Below are positions 40,101 through 53,500 of a stretch of 64,000 nt of DNA, piece by piece. Below the pieces are notes generated by a model that did no database searches, was not told the origin of the DNA, and saw only the letters and a list, made by a program, of their open reading frames with translations. The stretch lies in IMG/VR virus record IMGVR_UViG_3300044641_006340, one strand, 5' to 3'. The stretch's first letter is position 1; each line of letters opens with the position of its first letter. This DNA comes from an uncultured virus (IMG/VR IMGVR_UViG_3300044641_006340) (Duplodnaviria; Heunggongvirae; Uroviricota; Caudoviricetes). A program made the translations under genes and the position numbers.

Positions 40101-41527
40101 ATATAGATGCCGGTTTGATTATTCAATAATCCTACTATGATATTATTATTGCTGTCTATAGGGGCGGCGTTGGTGTTGCCCAAAAGAAGATTATTATTTA
40201 TGCTTCCACTAGCATTATTTTGATTACCAACTAGAAGAGAATTATTAATATCTTTAACAACATTATTTTGTCCAATTAATAATAGCTTGTCAGGAATTCC
40301 ACTAGCTAATGTATTATTAATACCCACCAATATACTATCGGAAAGACCTTGCTGATCGTTGGGTGTTTTATTACCAATACCAATAATGATAGAGCGAACC
40401 GCTTCGTTAGAACCTATGCTATTTCCAATAAAAATACCACTATTGATATTGGACGCGGTTTGATATGACCCTATGCAAATAAGGTTATTGCCATTAACTA
40501 CATTTTGATTACCATATGAAAGATTATTATTTCCAGTTAAATATACCAAAGAGCCTATAAGATTATTATTATTTCCAGATACTGAAGTATCATTACCAAT
40601 ATAAATATTAAAATTTCCAGTATTAGACACATTAGAACCTAATACTATACCAGAAACTCCTGACGAGAATAGTGATTGAGCAAGACCTACTGTAGAAAAT
40701 ATTTTAGCGTCATTATTACTGCCTAACAATATATTGTTCAGTCCAGTAAGGTTAACGGTATTACCTAGAACGATATTATTAGAACCACTAGCTAGAATAC
40801 TATTACCAATACTGATTCCGGATACTCCGGATAAAACTGAGTTATTAGCAAACAAGAATAATTGATTACCGTTCAATAAATTACTATTACCTATAACTAT
40901 ACCACTATTAACGGTGCCAGTATTGTAGGAACCAATATTATTATATAAAACTCCGTTTAGTCGATTGTAATTACCAACAACGTCATAGGCAAAACCAGAA
41001 GCGTTATTATTACCACCCAAAACTACATTAGACAAATTTGCAACAAAGACCGGTTTATTAACACCAGTTTGATCCACAGTAAAAATAATTTCACCACTAG
41101 TAGATCCAGTATTAGGGTCTAAAATTTTAGATAGTATTTGACCATAATAAATTTCATTATAATTAGTATCACGACCAGCAAGATTAACTATAGCCGGATA
41201 ACTTCCGCTTACTGGAGATGTTTGAGGATTGTGCACTAAGAGTAAGGTAACACCTGTCGGACAATTAGTAACGCTCTCTACAATTAATCCGTCTTTAGCA
41301 CAAGGGGCTACTACATGAAGAACAGCATCAGGCAAGCCTGTGCCAACACCTAAACGACCGGTGGAAGCATCATAAGTAAGATTAGAATTACCTGTAGAAT
41401 ATATCGTAAAATCTATATTTTGCTTATTAGCATTAAAAACAGTACTAATTCCAGACTGTTGAGATAATACTATATCAGGATTAACTCCACTACCAATGTT
41501 TAAATTACCGGGAATATTTTGTGACAT
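37142..41527 (-). CDS. Tail fibre/adhesin with Asn/Gly beta-solenoid repeats
   Basis: GRLGVGTGLPDAVLHV and RVGVNTNNPTADLSVSG fibre motifs, plus many roughly 14-aa 'N..IG..N' repeats like trimeric adhesin heads. Confidence 0.72.
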   Translation of the reverse strand: MSQNIPGNLNIGSGVNPDIVLSQQSGISTVFNANKQNIDFTIYSTGNSNLTYDASTGRLGVGTGLPDAVLHVVAPCAKDGLIVESVTNCPTGVTLLLVHNPQTSPVSGSYPAIVNLAGRDTNYNEIYYGQILSKILDPNTGSTSGEIIFTVDQTGVNKPVFVANLSNVVLGGNNNASGFAYDVVGNYNRLNGVLYNNIGSYNTGTVNSGIVIGNSNLLNGNQLFLFANNSVLSGVSGISIGNSILASGSNNIVLGNTVNLTGLNNILLGSNNDAKIFSTVGLAQSLFSSGVSGIVLGSNVSNTGNFNIYIGNDTSVSGNNNNLIGSLVYLTGNNNLSYGNQNVVNGNNLICIGSYQTASNINSGIFIGNSIGSNEAVRSIIIGIGNKTPNDQQGLSDSILVGINNTLASGIPDKLLLIGQNNVVKDINNSLLVGNQNNASGSINNNLLLGNTNAAPIDSNNNIIVGLLNNQTGIYIDTAGGITGVARRINSTAANSIVAGIHNIQTSGVSTNIIGNKNAVSGSNDNVIGSFNSLRNASRSYSVGNSNYMVGDNLGAMGSKTLIVGQESLIFNNADKRMDVFGSGNIALGFNQLVPSGLVVGTNNRIYGPNNTIYGRNNTLGSIAHAFVMNSLSSNSITIPSLNVANKYTIADTALLVVQSPAANNNTFIREILDIVENPLENTTTIQFSTSIVVNSSNGYFSINENFDDNNLPNNTTVSGLIMPYAVGGGVGGPETNPTYGSNNIVIGSNNNYIYSSGTVIGFNNTVSGVRNVVVGYGLSGVVDNTLYVGTNNSNKIILDNQRTVFNSGKIQDNFIVKSTNDNTSVLNIDLNNNRVGVNTNNPTADLSVSGLTSTNTIRVGFSSPDQYVLTSNVNGFGTWQLPVRLSGLDTGLMCKINDKVSSGISNIYFDPAGNSLSFNLDNNNGLVLNPTGIFVNDAGNTFAMRIRGSGGSDFARVLFNTNFGNNRIDFFNISGNSGVLNNLTIISGLNVPTSLTGTFLYSNISGRLLSFAARPYSVMYASENSWGTGDTSFRWFNNQSTLALGATGVVSYDILSTNTNDTNYNIVLSSNNQIDTIFNNRGLGNKFSIINSGALSTRRGLHINPVSGQVAINVIPDTFANITNQAHLYVEGKTWTNSLRIGPGTTPSGLYLRVDNNGNVIPSTLDLTTQFSGSYPLNTTYTSLGQNNAFRVDIGLQSVDRAGNSLGVNNNGQSIIWDGVKWDLNRGFRVSQSSPLNIGSPATDLRTLNGIQFGHATKLNNTYHTHTFAGGSFHTTESNLYDGSAQFAQYYLRCRTPITGGNVVALTTNFAKDSIQTENQYNTISLSNSNGFNYDNVWTYNIFVSVLWQDGTSSSNPAVGNRQAAGMNIQGAIFRSADGSIFTKLGQERINIFATGAGVVGLPAGMGIATSLDNDSQSNLPRLSIRATGVDGKTALWTATAQVHQLNHPGHGIRDLYGNS

Positions 41528-41557
41528 AATTGATAACCTTATCTATTAAATACTCGT

Positions 41558-44500
41558 TTATGATATAGCTCCGTCTGTTTGTTTACTTATGCTTGCCATG
41601 GCCTTATTTACTTCCATAAGTACCATATTCCTCACACCCTCCTGCATACCCTGAAATGCCGCTGCTCCATTAATTACCACATCAACCTTATGATTTCCTT
41701 GAATATTGATTACTTCTGGTAGTTTTAGGCCATTTAATTGCTGAATAAACTTGTCAAATGTAGCTGTAAAGTTACTCAAACCATCCAAATTTAGACCAAC
41801 ATTACCATTATTAGATACACCACCGCCACCACCCGTAGAAGTTTCATCCGTCATTCCTCCATACTGTCTATAAATCGGTTTAGTAGCTGCTGCTATCGGA
41901 CCGCCAGACTGTTTATAGGCTACAGCTCCGCCCTGATTATATCTATTACTATTGATTTGTTTTAATAAATCTAGATTATTTTGAGTAGCTTGTTTATTGA
42001 CTACAAATTCTCCTGGAGTTAACATCGCCGGAACAGTGTCAGTTCCACGAGGCTGATAAGGAATTAACATTCCCGTATTGGCATATATTAATCCTCCAGC
42101 ATAGAGTCCGGCTGCTCTGCGCTGATTAGTTGGTGAATTTTCTGCTAAAAATTCTGGATATTTTTGTCCTAAAATTTTCCAACCCTGATCCAAAGCTAAT
42201 CCCTCCGCATATGATCCTTGAACAACAGTATTCAATAGTTCTACTAGTCTCTTTCCGGAATTTTCGATTATGGTATTTCCAAAAGCTGGACGTTGTCTAA
42301 TTAATGCTAGAGCATTCAACGAATTACTATAAACAGTTTTTAAGCCCTTATATCGTTTTTGGTCCTCAAAATATTTGGCTTTTGCTATGTCGTATAATTT
42401 TTCTGGAGGCTCAGAGCTCCATAATTGTTCATATTCTGCTGCTAATTCCTGTGGAGATTTTGATTTATATCCTTCTTTTTGAAATTTTATTGGATCTTGT
42501 TGATATTGTTCTGTTACTAGTCTTTGTATTTTTAAAAGCGGATTATTTTGTTCGTTTCTTTCTCTAACTCTCTCTTCTCGTGAATTGGGATTTTCATAAG
42601 CCTCCCTCCTCTGATCAAGCATCTGTTGATATGGACTATTCTTTTTTTTCCTATCCATACGAACTCTGTATTTTTCTCTTTTGATTTCTTTAGAGTCATC
42701 CTTTTTTGGTTCTAGGTCTTCGTCTTTTGCGTCTTTATATTTAGTATTTATTAGATCGCCTAGAGAAGGGACTACTCCGCCTGGATCTCTATAGATAGGA
42801 TCAACCACTCCTCCATTAGAATATCCTTTAACTCCATTATTTATAGATTGTAGTAATGATAAATTTCTAGAAGTAGCTTTAGCATTAACAACAAACTCTC
42901 CGGGAGTTAACATTGCCGGAACAGTATCAGTACCACGAGGTTGATAGTTTACCAAGGTTCCACGAGAAGCATAAATCATGCCGCCTCTAGCCTTAGCTAA
43001 TACATCGATATTGCTAGGCATTAAATTATCTGAACCAGTATATTTAATAGCTGATCCAGCTGGCATAGTTTCAAAAAATCCTTGTCTAAATTTTTTGACC
43101 ATCTCTGGATTTCTTTTTTCTAATGCTTTTATAATTCTAGACAAAATTTCGCCATCTCTTGTAGAATCTTGTGTGTCGTATATCCATTTTTTAGGACCTA
43201 CTCCTCCAGTACGAGATTGTAGTAAAGCATCGAGAGTTCCAGGTTGTACCGTAGAAACCTGTGTGTGTATTCCTTTAGAGCCAGTAACAGGATCTAATCC
43301 TTTACCCTTAAGCATTGGTATTTTTTGATCAGCTAATATCTTTTGTATATCGTCAAAGTTATCATGTATCCATCTTGTAACATATCCAGCATTAAATTCA
43401 TAATCTAAATCAAACTTAGAAGGATCTAAGGCTTCATCGAATTTAACAATCATTGGCTTACCACGAATATCCGCTCCTGTAAGCGTACCTCCTTTAAGAA
43501 TATTTCTTGCATGTTTTTCAGCTGCTTCTCTGCTAGTATAAGCATATAATCCTTTACCTTGTCCATATCCTCCTGCAATACCACTTTTTCCTCCTTGTTT
43601 TTGAAAACTTTGTAAAATAGAGTTTTCTAATCCGGTATTACTAGCATGAAAAAGAGATACTGTTTTTGCTGTTTTGGGCATATCTAATGGGGCGCTAGCT
43701 GCTGGTCTGCTTCTTAAAGAAAATTCTTCTAAAGCTTCTTGACCAGCACTTTTCATATCTGGTCTTGAAGAACCGTTACCAGATGGAAGCATTCTAATTC
43801 CTGAAGTATTCTTCATAGAAGAAGACAGTAAATTACGACCTATTTTATCAGCACCTATACCACCAAGCAGGGATCCTAATAATGAAGCTTGCCAATTATC
43901 TTCCATGGTTTTATTAATGTCTTTATTAGTTTGTGGAGCTAAAGCATTCAAATAATTTTCTTGAGCTTGATATACTGCGGCCCCTGCTCCTAAGCCAATA
44001 GCAAATCCACCAGGACCAGTAGTGGGTAATCCTAAAACTCCAGCACCCAAACCAGCTAACCCCGGAAGTACGGACTTAGCAGCTCCGTACATAAAAGCTT
44101 TTCCTTCTTCGGCCAACTTTTCACTATCAAAATTAGTAATAGGCTGTTGGGGCAGGGTTGAAGTTGGACCCTTTCCGTGACGATTTATCATCGGATTTAA
44201 TGGTCTTGATGGGTCAAATCCTTCTTGAGCATAAACCACTCCACCATTGGCTTTCGATTGCACTCTCTTACCATTAACCATTATCGCTGGGCCAGGGCCA
44301 TAATCAGGCTGGGCAAATGGGTCTACAGTTGGCTGTTGTGATTGCTCTACAAGCATTTCTGCTGCTTCGCTTATTCTTGGAAATCTTTTAAGTTTAATAT
44401 CTAAAGCTTTGTCTGTAGTAAATTGTCGAATATAATAATCAATTTTTCTTCTATAGTCCTTTTGTCTCTTTAGGGCGTCTGCTATCTTCTCTTTATTTGT

Positions 44501-47500
44501 AGTATCATTATAAAGAATGCCTAGTTTATCAATAAATTCTGATTTTTCTTCTTTTTCTATCTGCCTTTGTAAATATGCTGTTCGTTTAGCTTTACGAGCA
44601 TCAAAATTAGTATCAGCAGAACCGTCTGGCTTAGTTGGGATTGTGCCGCCGTCAGTAGCATAAATTACCCCACCATTAGCAAATCCTTTAATGCTACCAC
44701 CCTTGCTTTGATTAATACTTTGTAATAATGGCAGATTAGCTCTGGTTGCTTGGGCGTTAACAACAAATTCACCGGGAGTTAACATTGCAGGAACAGTATC
44801 GGTACCGCGAGGTTGATAGTTTATTAATGTACCATCAGCAGCATAAACTATTCCACCGGTACTCAAATTGTTCGGAAGCTGCTGATATCTTTCCATTATC
44901 TCTCTTGCCTTCCCAATCATTTGCTGTGTCTCAATATAAGTTGAGGTTGACTGATCTCTCATTTCTCCAACATCATTACCTATATTGAGTGTTTCTCTGT
45001 GTGTCTGCTCGGCTCCTCTTATCATTAAACTATTTTGTTCTTTAATGTGTTTTGATATATTATAGTTTTTAATTGCATTTGTGTTTATGGTATCTAGATT
45101 ATTTTTTATGGTATTTGCTGGAATATTTATTACAGTTTGGCCGACCGAACCTCCTTTAGCTAGATATGTATTACTATTGATAGATTTTAATAATGGTAAA
45201 TTTCTTTGTGTTGCGGCTCTATTGACTACAAACTCTCCCGGCGTGAGCATTGCAGGAACGGTATCGGTACCTCTTGGCTGATAAGGAATAAGCATTCCAT
45301 TACTAGCATAAATTGGATTTGGATTTTTGCTAATATCTTTTAATCTGTCTTTATGATCCTGCTCTTGATCTGCAGTTGGCATTGATAGACGACCGGATTC
45401 TCCGGAAGGTATTGATGAGTTATACATCTCAACATGTCGAGCAAGAGTTGGATCAGGTAAATCGTAGTAATCCTTGTATCTGCCACCCCATTGTTTGGGA
45501 AATTCTTTGAAATAACTATCTTTAACAAATAGTTCTTCTCTTAAAATCTTTTTTGTTAGATCATTTTTAGCTGCTCTTTTATTTTTTGCTTTTTGATTTA
45601 GTTCCGCTGCTGCTTTACTTCTTTCTTCGGCTTCTCCCATTTCTTGAGAATTAAGTTCATTCTCTAATTTATATGTTTTCTCAAACGAAGCCTTGCTGTT
45701 TGGGTTATCAAACTTAGAAAATAGTTTATAGTCTTGCCATATGGTTTCAAATATGTCTCTATCAACCCCTGATGCATTAAGAGTCTTCTCATAGTTAATA
45801 TCAGTATTGTGTAGAAGATCTTGAGGTATAGCAAGACCTTGGGTGTATGCTTTATTAACCACTCCTGGAAATAGCAGAGAATCTTGATTAATTTTAACGA
45901 TAATATTACCAAGATTTTCCTTAACATTAGGAGCAAGACCCCAATCACTATTATTCTTATTTAAGGACGATGCTATATTTGCCAACACTGTTCTTTTATT
46001 TATCTTGTCTCGCTCAGAAACCCCTGTAATTTTTCTAAGTTCATCTATCTGTGGTTGTATTACTTCTCTTTCTGAGTATTGCGAAGCCTTAGAGAAAGAA
46101 ACTGGGTATAGTTCTTTAAAATCTTGTTTTAATAATGCTTTTACTGATGCAATCTGGGCTTTGTCTATTCTAGCATAAGCTAATTTATTAGCACCACGAG
46201 GATCTCTTTGTGTTCCTAATGTATCTCCTAATTCTTTTGCTTCTCTATCTGTTTCTAAATCAAGATATTTAAGTGGTTGACCAACCATATCTGAGAATTC
46301 ATGTGGATCGATAAATCCAGAGTTATCTTTATCAATATTATTAAAAAAGTCTTTTAGAGTTCTGGGTTTGAAATTGTCTGTGGCGTTTTTATCTCTAAGA
46401 CCCAAGCCTTTTAATGCTAAAGAATAAGCTCCCATTAATGCATCAACAGTAGAAGCGCCAAAAAATCTTTCTAGTTTAGGTTGTTCAGGAGTAAACTCAC
46501 TCCATTCTTCAAAAGAAATTTGACCATCTCTATTAGTATCCCATAGTTCAAGGCCACGAATAGCCGATCTTCCATTCCTATCTGCCATCCTGGCTCTATT
46601 TTCTCTTTCTGTGCGTTCAGCAGGAGTTTCCTCTCTGTTTGGTCCGGATCCAGGTATTGCAGCATCATCTACTGGATTTCTTAATCTATCTAACATAATT
46701 CCAGGTTTAAATTGCCCCGGCCTTGCTACTTTATCTTCTCTTCCTACAAAATTTTCAGGAGTTCTGGTCTGATCGCTATATACTAAACTACTATCTATTC
46801 TAGCCATATCTCCATCTTTTCTGAGTGGAGTATCAGATCCAGAAAATAATGATCTAGCTTTAATAAGATTATTAATTCCTTGAACTCTAGCAGACTGGTT
46901 TAGTAACCCATAGATAAGTCTCTTACCCTTGCCCTCTTTGGTTTCTCCTCTCATTCCGATCATGAAAGCTTCTGGGCCATTCTTAATAAGGTCTAAAATA
47001 ACACGAGGCCGTTCTGCATCAGCAGCATCCCACTCCTCACTAGCCTTTGGAACAGGTACCAAGTCAGCTACTTTTTCAGATACTGTTTTCACATTATTTT
47101 CGAGCCAATCTACTAAATTTTTAGTATTTGGAGTTTTATTCTTAGTAAGAATATCTTTCACAACATCTTCTTCATTAATTTTGTCAAAATCTAGACTAAG
47201 ATGAGGAGGCATAGTAATTTGACCGCCGTCTTCTGCTGCTCTCTCTTCTTGTCGAACTTTTACTCTAAGCTGTTGTTGTTGTCTGTCTTTTTTCCATTGA
47301 CTAACAGTAGATCTTATTAAAGCTGCGGGTGACTCATAATCATTTCTATTTTTAAACTCTGGATTATTATTCTCTCCCGCGGGCTTTTGATCAGAAAGAA
47401 TATCTCTTATATTTTCTAGGTCAGGAGTTAAATTTCGAATAACTCTTGCAGCACTTCCTTTTGCTTGGAGCTTAGCTTTCGTTGTTCTCCATTTGACCAA

Positions 47501-50500
47501 ATCTTTCGGCTGAAGGTCTCCCCCCACATCAGGATCTATTAATCCTAAAATTCCATCTGTTTTAGATAGATGGGTTGTGAAATCAAAGCCGCTAAGACGA
47601 CTATCTTGATTATAGTCTCTATATTTAAAGCCTTTAACAAAATCATATGATAAATTTTGAAGACTTCTTAAATCAGTAGCTTCTCGTATTCTAGTTAAAG
47701 TTTTGTAAAAAGAAGCATCGCTAAAAAAGCGCATGCTATTATCATCGAAACTTAAATTATTTAATGAGACCAACCAATCTGGCATTGTGGTTCTCAGGGT
47801 TAAATAATCATATATACCAGAGTTAATCCTATATTTTTTCTCAAGATCATCACCTTTCTCGGGAGTTCTATTTCCCGTTAATGGATTGATTGACCTATGA
47901 GAAAATGGTGCTTGGTCATCAGATAATTCAAACCTGCCCGATGAAACATCGTTTGGTTGTCCTCCCCTACTAAGATAAGCCACTCCCCCACTACTGAATC
48001 CTTGAACTCCTCCGTTATTAATAGACTTGAGGAGAGGCAAGTTCCTCTGGGTGGCTTGTCTATTAATTACAAATTCGCCAGGAGTCAACATTGCTGGAAC
48101 AGTATCAGTTCCACGAGGTTGGAAATTAATATGCTTACCATCTTGAGCATATACCACGCCTCCAGTAGCAAATCTCAGAGCGTCTTGGGTTGCGTTCGGG
48201 TTGTTAACAGCTTCGGCTTCTGCATTTAAACCAGCCTCTCTTCGTTGAACAAACCATTTATCCGTTGGTAAACTTCCATAACGAGAAGCAAAACCTAATG
48301 TATTATGAGCAATATTACCCTTAGAGTATGCATCTTGACCAGCTTGTCCTCTTAAAGAATCTATAACTTGTTGAGTACGCTTAGCATTATCAGGATCAGC
48401 ATTCTTATCAAAGAAATAATCTTGACCTTCCCATACTCCATTTCCACCATACCAATTATACAAAGAAGACATATTTCCGTATAAGAATCTTTGTGTATTG
48501 GAATCAAAATATGGAAGACCCATTTGATCTCGCGCATTAATCATATCCATAGTAAGTTTTTCAATAATACCCTTACGAGTATCTTTACTTGGAAATTCAT
48601 TATATGGATTAAATGCAACATTAACCAAATCATTATATTTTTGTGGCATAGCTTTATCCGGAGAGACCGGACTTAGTGTACCATTAGCCCCAACCGTTTT
48701 AATCTTGGCTCCTTCTAATTGCTGACCTAATATAGCTTGATAGTCGCCAGATAATTGGGTTGAAGAAATTCTACCAAATAATGATGCTCCTCCAAGAGTT
48801 CTAAATAAATCTTCTGCGTTTAGATTAAGCTTAGTAAACTGACCTATCATTCGCGTATCACCACTGGCTAATCCTGCAAATGCCATAGCGGCGCCAGATC
48901 CTAACGTAAATAATTCTTTTAGCTGCTGGTAAACATTAGCATTTCTTGTCATGGGAGCTAATTTGCTCAGATAACCTCCAAAATTACCAAATACATTACT
49001 TGTATATCCTGCTGCTTGTTTAGCCACTCCGGAATCTCTAAACGGTCTTTGTAACACTCCACGGATACTGTTGTATAGCCAATTTCCAGGTAATCCAGGA
49101 ACTCTTCTTCTTCCAAAAACACCCAATGATAATTTAGCTAAATCTTTAACAGCTCTTGGTAGATCATTATCCTTGATAACGTCACCAGCTAATTGACCCT
49201 TATCATCAATTTCTCCAACAGCTTTCTTTGCTGCGGCATCTTTGTCTGCAAACACTTTATCTGCTACTGTACTCAGATACTCACCGATAGAAAATACATG
49301 CGTTTTTTTCTCTGTCGGACTATCTGTAAACAATGGAATATTTTTAAGTATTGGATGATTAGCATGATCAGTTAAGGAATCTAAGTCAATACTATATTGA
49401 ACACTTTTAAGATTTTCTTTGAGTTGATCTCTTTGATTTCTGTCAATATTACCTTTAACAAGGGTTGCGAAGTCGGGAATTTGGTCAAGTTGCACATGTG
49501 CTTTGTCAAATATTTCATCACCAGTTAATTTTTTATTCACATAAGCTGTTGAATAGTCATATTTTTTAAACTGAGAGTATGGACTGAATGGATTTTTATT
49601 ATTTGGAGTCATTAATAAAACTTTATTTAAATTAGCAGCCAAATTAAAACCATTAGAATCAGCTTTGCTAGGATCTGTAGCAATCTGAGGCCCAGTATAT
49701 TCTGTATACTGCATATGATATGGTAGATCAATATCTCCTATAGGATCAGGAAGCTTCAGCTTATATGAACCAAAATCAGACACTGGTTTTGTGCTGATTC
49801 CGTATTTTGTTTTTAATTGTTCAGCTTGATTGTCTATAGCGGCCTGAATATCTTGTGATATAACAGATGGATCAGCGTTAGCTACCCATGGAAAAGTTTT
49901 CATTTTACTCATGTCGGCTACGTCATATATTCCAAATTCGTAATTTGTAGCCCAAGAATCTATTGGACGATCTAGATTTTGTAATCCTGCTCCGCCAACC
50001 ATCAATTTTGGAAAAGCTGTATGTATTTTATCTGCTTGTTCTTTAGTATTTAAGGATTTCTGTAGAATAGGTCTATATTTATTGCTTAAAACGTGCAAAA
50101 GAGTTACTGCTTCTGAATGGTCTGGATGAAGGGCTTTGGGATCAAAAAAGTTTAATTCAGACCCGGTCAATAAAATAGCTTCAGCACCACTGTGTAACAT
50201 CTCTAATTTTTGTCTTAGATTACTAAGGTTTGGATCTTCTGCCTTAAAAAGATTGTTAAACGCAGCGTTTCTGGGATCGGTGAAAGCAAATGTTTGAGAC
50301 TTTTTAATATCTTCAATATTTAATTCTTGTGTTTTAATAATTCTATCAATATTATCTTTATCCGCTACCCACGAATTATCACCAGCCAATAACTTAATAC
50401 GATCCTTTGCGCTAGTTTCCGACATCATTAGATCTAGTTGAAGCTTATAAAGTCCAAAATCTTTATCTGAAACCATTGTAGCATCTTCTTCTGCAGAACC

Positions 50501-53500
50501 AAATTTAAAGAGTTTTAATGTCTTAGGATGATCTGTGCTTTGTTTATTCCAACCTATTGCTCCTAAATTTTTATTTCTAGTGACAATCATACCTACTGGA
50601 TTGTCCGAACTAACATTAGGATTATAAAATTCATCTGAAATAAAACTTTGTCTAATATTTTCAAAATTATCGACAGCTGGTCTACTAGCTATCATAGTAG
50701 ATAAATCTATATCATTATCTCTTAGCTTTTGAAGAAAATTATCTCTATATTCAGCAAATTTATTTTTTGTAATATTTTTAGTATCAAAAGGTTTATCTAT
50801 CACATAACCCAAAGGATTTAATAGGTGTGCTCGTGGTCTATTCATTACGCCATACTCAAATACATCTTGATTGTCTGCATTTTTTTCTACTAATATGGCT
50901 GGAGCTTCTCCTAAATATAAATCTTCCATACTATTTGTGCTTTGTATCGATGCTAAACTAGCTTTCCCTCTGGAGCCTGTAGCTAAAGGAGCCTTTATAT
51001 TTGTTGGTTGTACTCCTCTAACAAACTTATCGGGTCCAGCAAATACAGATTTTATATCGCTAAAAGCTGTTGAGGTAGGATCGATGTACTTCTCTCTGGA
51101 GAGATTAAGGTCGTCGCTACTTTTCTTATATTCGCTCTTAAAATTTTGACTTACATAACCACCAGAACTATAGTATTTAACCGGTCCTCCACCGCTATAC
51201 TTATTGCTATTAATAGAATGTAATAATGGTAAATTTCTCTGAGTTGCTGCTCTATTAACAACAAATTCTCCGGGAGTTAACATTGCTGGCACAGTATCCG
51301 TACCTTGACTCTTAAAGTCAATAGCTCGTCCAGCAGCAGCATATATGATACCGCCAGAGGCTTTAGGAACAGCAGGAACAACACCAGCCGGTATTTTTGC
51401 ATTAATTTGTTGTATATTACTGGCGATGTCTGATAGTTCTGTAGTCTCAAAATTTAGTTTTACATTACTCATAGCGCTAGCTAAAGCTTTGGCCGATTGG
51501 CTTGCAATATCGCGAGCAAGATTAGAATCAAGTTGAGCTAACAGAGCATTTGCTCTAGCCTGTAAATTATTACCCTCTCTATATTCAGCAATAGCGGCCT
51601 GAGTTGCCGGATCCATTTCTGGATTTCTAAGAGTATTTAATATTTGTTGAAATAATGGAGATACTCCGATACCAGATTCTTGAAGCATACTTTCTAAAAC
51701 ATTTGCTTTAACATTACCAGCTTGTTGACCGTCGCCTAAGAATGGAATAATATCATTCAAAGCGCCTAGTGTTTCTTTTCTTTCATTAACAAAAGCTCCT
51801 TGAGCAGCTTTCATAGCTTCCATCATGCTTGCGCCATTTTGCAAAGCCTCGTAGTAGGCTCGCTGAGCTCCAACTGATCTATTAATGGTATTTATTTGTC
51901 CATTAGCATTATTCTGCAATCTTTGAAAAGCCCCTGATAATGAGTCTAGTTCTTCGGGAGTGCTTGTAACTAATTTCTCAATAAATGACGCTCTGCCCGA
52001 AGCCTTTTGTTGGGCTTCTTGGATTTTTTCCATAGCGGAAGCGGCAATATCCGTATTTTCAGCCAAGTATTTTAATGCATCAATATTTTCTCTTAAGCCA
52101 ACATTAGTATCTGCTAAATTCTTAGTAAACTTAATAAAGTCTGCTTGTCCAGATACTCCTCTGTCGGCGGCGCTTCTTTGTTCAGCTTGTTGAACGGTTC
52201 TTGTATTTTCTAATTTATTAATACTATCAAATATGTCATTAGGATTAGTAACTCCTCCTGTTCTGGCTGCTACTCTGCTATTAACTGTTGCTCTGGCATT
52301 TTCCAAACTAATATTTTTACCTAAAGTTTTTGCCAAAGATAGCTCAGAATCAGTAACTATATCAGTAGCTTTTCTTAGTCTTTGATTAGCGGAAATTTGC
52401 AAGTCAATAGTCTTATTAATATTTTGAGCATAGGTATTGAGAGCATTTTGATAAAATTCTAAAGCTTTAATTGCTACTTCTTGTGCTCGTTTAGAACTAT
52501 CCACTACTCTATTCAATTGGCCTAATTTTTCGCTTAACTTGGTATAATCTAATTTATCTTCTCCAGATGTCTGAAAGTCTTTAAGAATATTACCTACTTC
52601 ACCTGATAATTTATCAACTAAATCTGCTGGTAAAGACAAATCTGCTAACGCAGATTTGACATCACGACCTACTACTATTCCTAAAGCTTCATTCGTAATA
52701 CCAGGATTTTTATTAACTGTTTTGTTAATAGTGCTCATTACGGTGGACTCTATTTTTTCGCCCACACCAAGTAAAGAAACCATTTCTGGTGATCGGATAC
52801 CAAAAGATTCAGCGGCAACATTTCTGGCTCCAGATACCGCTTGATCAGAGTATGCTCTTGGGTTTTGCAAGGTATTGATCGCTGTGAGTGCTATTCCTCC
52901 TATCTTGGCCTGACCTTGCAATGAATCTGATACAAGATCGATGTCTTTACTCATTTGTTCTAGTGAAAAGCTTGCGCGTCCAATGCTTTGTTCCATATTT
53001 TGAAACATTCTTTCAAGAGATCTGGTATAGACGTTGGTGGTATCGTCTAGTGATTTCATTTGTTTTTGTCTCTCAACAACAGAAGCTCGCTGTCTGACAG
53101 CTTCTTCTGCATTTATAGATATGATATTCTTAATTCGTGCTTCTTTTTCAAGATTACTAATATCTGCTCTATTACGAATAGTTAAGATTTCCTGTTCTAC
53201 AGCAGTATTAGATCGAGCTATAACTTCTGCTTGTTTAGCCCATGCTGGGTCTTTAAATATATCTTCTACACTAGATCCGCTCTGAATCTTAGCTCCGATA
53301 AGATCGTTAGTAAGTTTAGCGGTTTCGGCAAAACTCTTAGAATTTTCTCGTGCTTTTTCTGGAATTAAAGACTCATATTCTTTCCTTCTTCCTATATCTC
53401 CTTCTCCGAAAGAATCTGTGGACCTCAAATAATTTAGGATTCCTTTCTTTTCCAGAATCTCACTGCGTTGAGCCATAGCATTCGAATCGTTATCAGGAGC

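Noticed and set aside
41945..51360. TMP repeats as a CRISPR array, inteins or diversity-generating retroelement TR/VR pairs
   Set aside because: They are in-frame coding repeats with synonymous variation and irregular spacing up to kilobases. There are no Hint motifs, no evident adenine-specific mismatch pattern, and no reverse transcriptase in the window.
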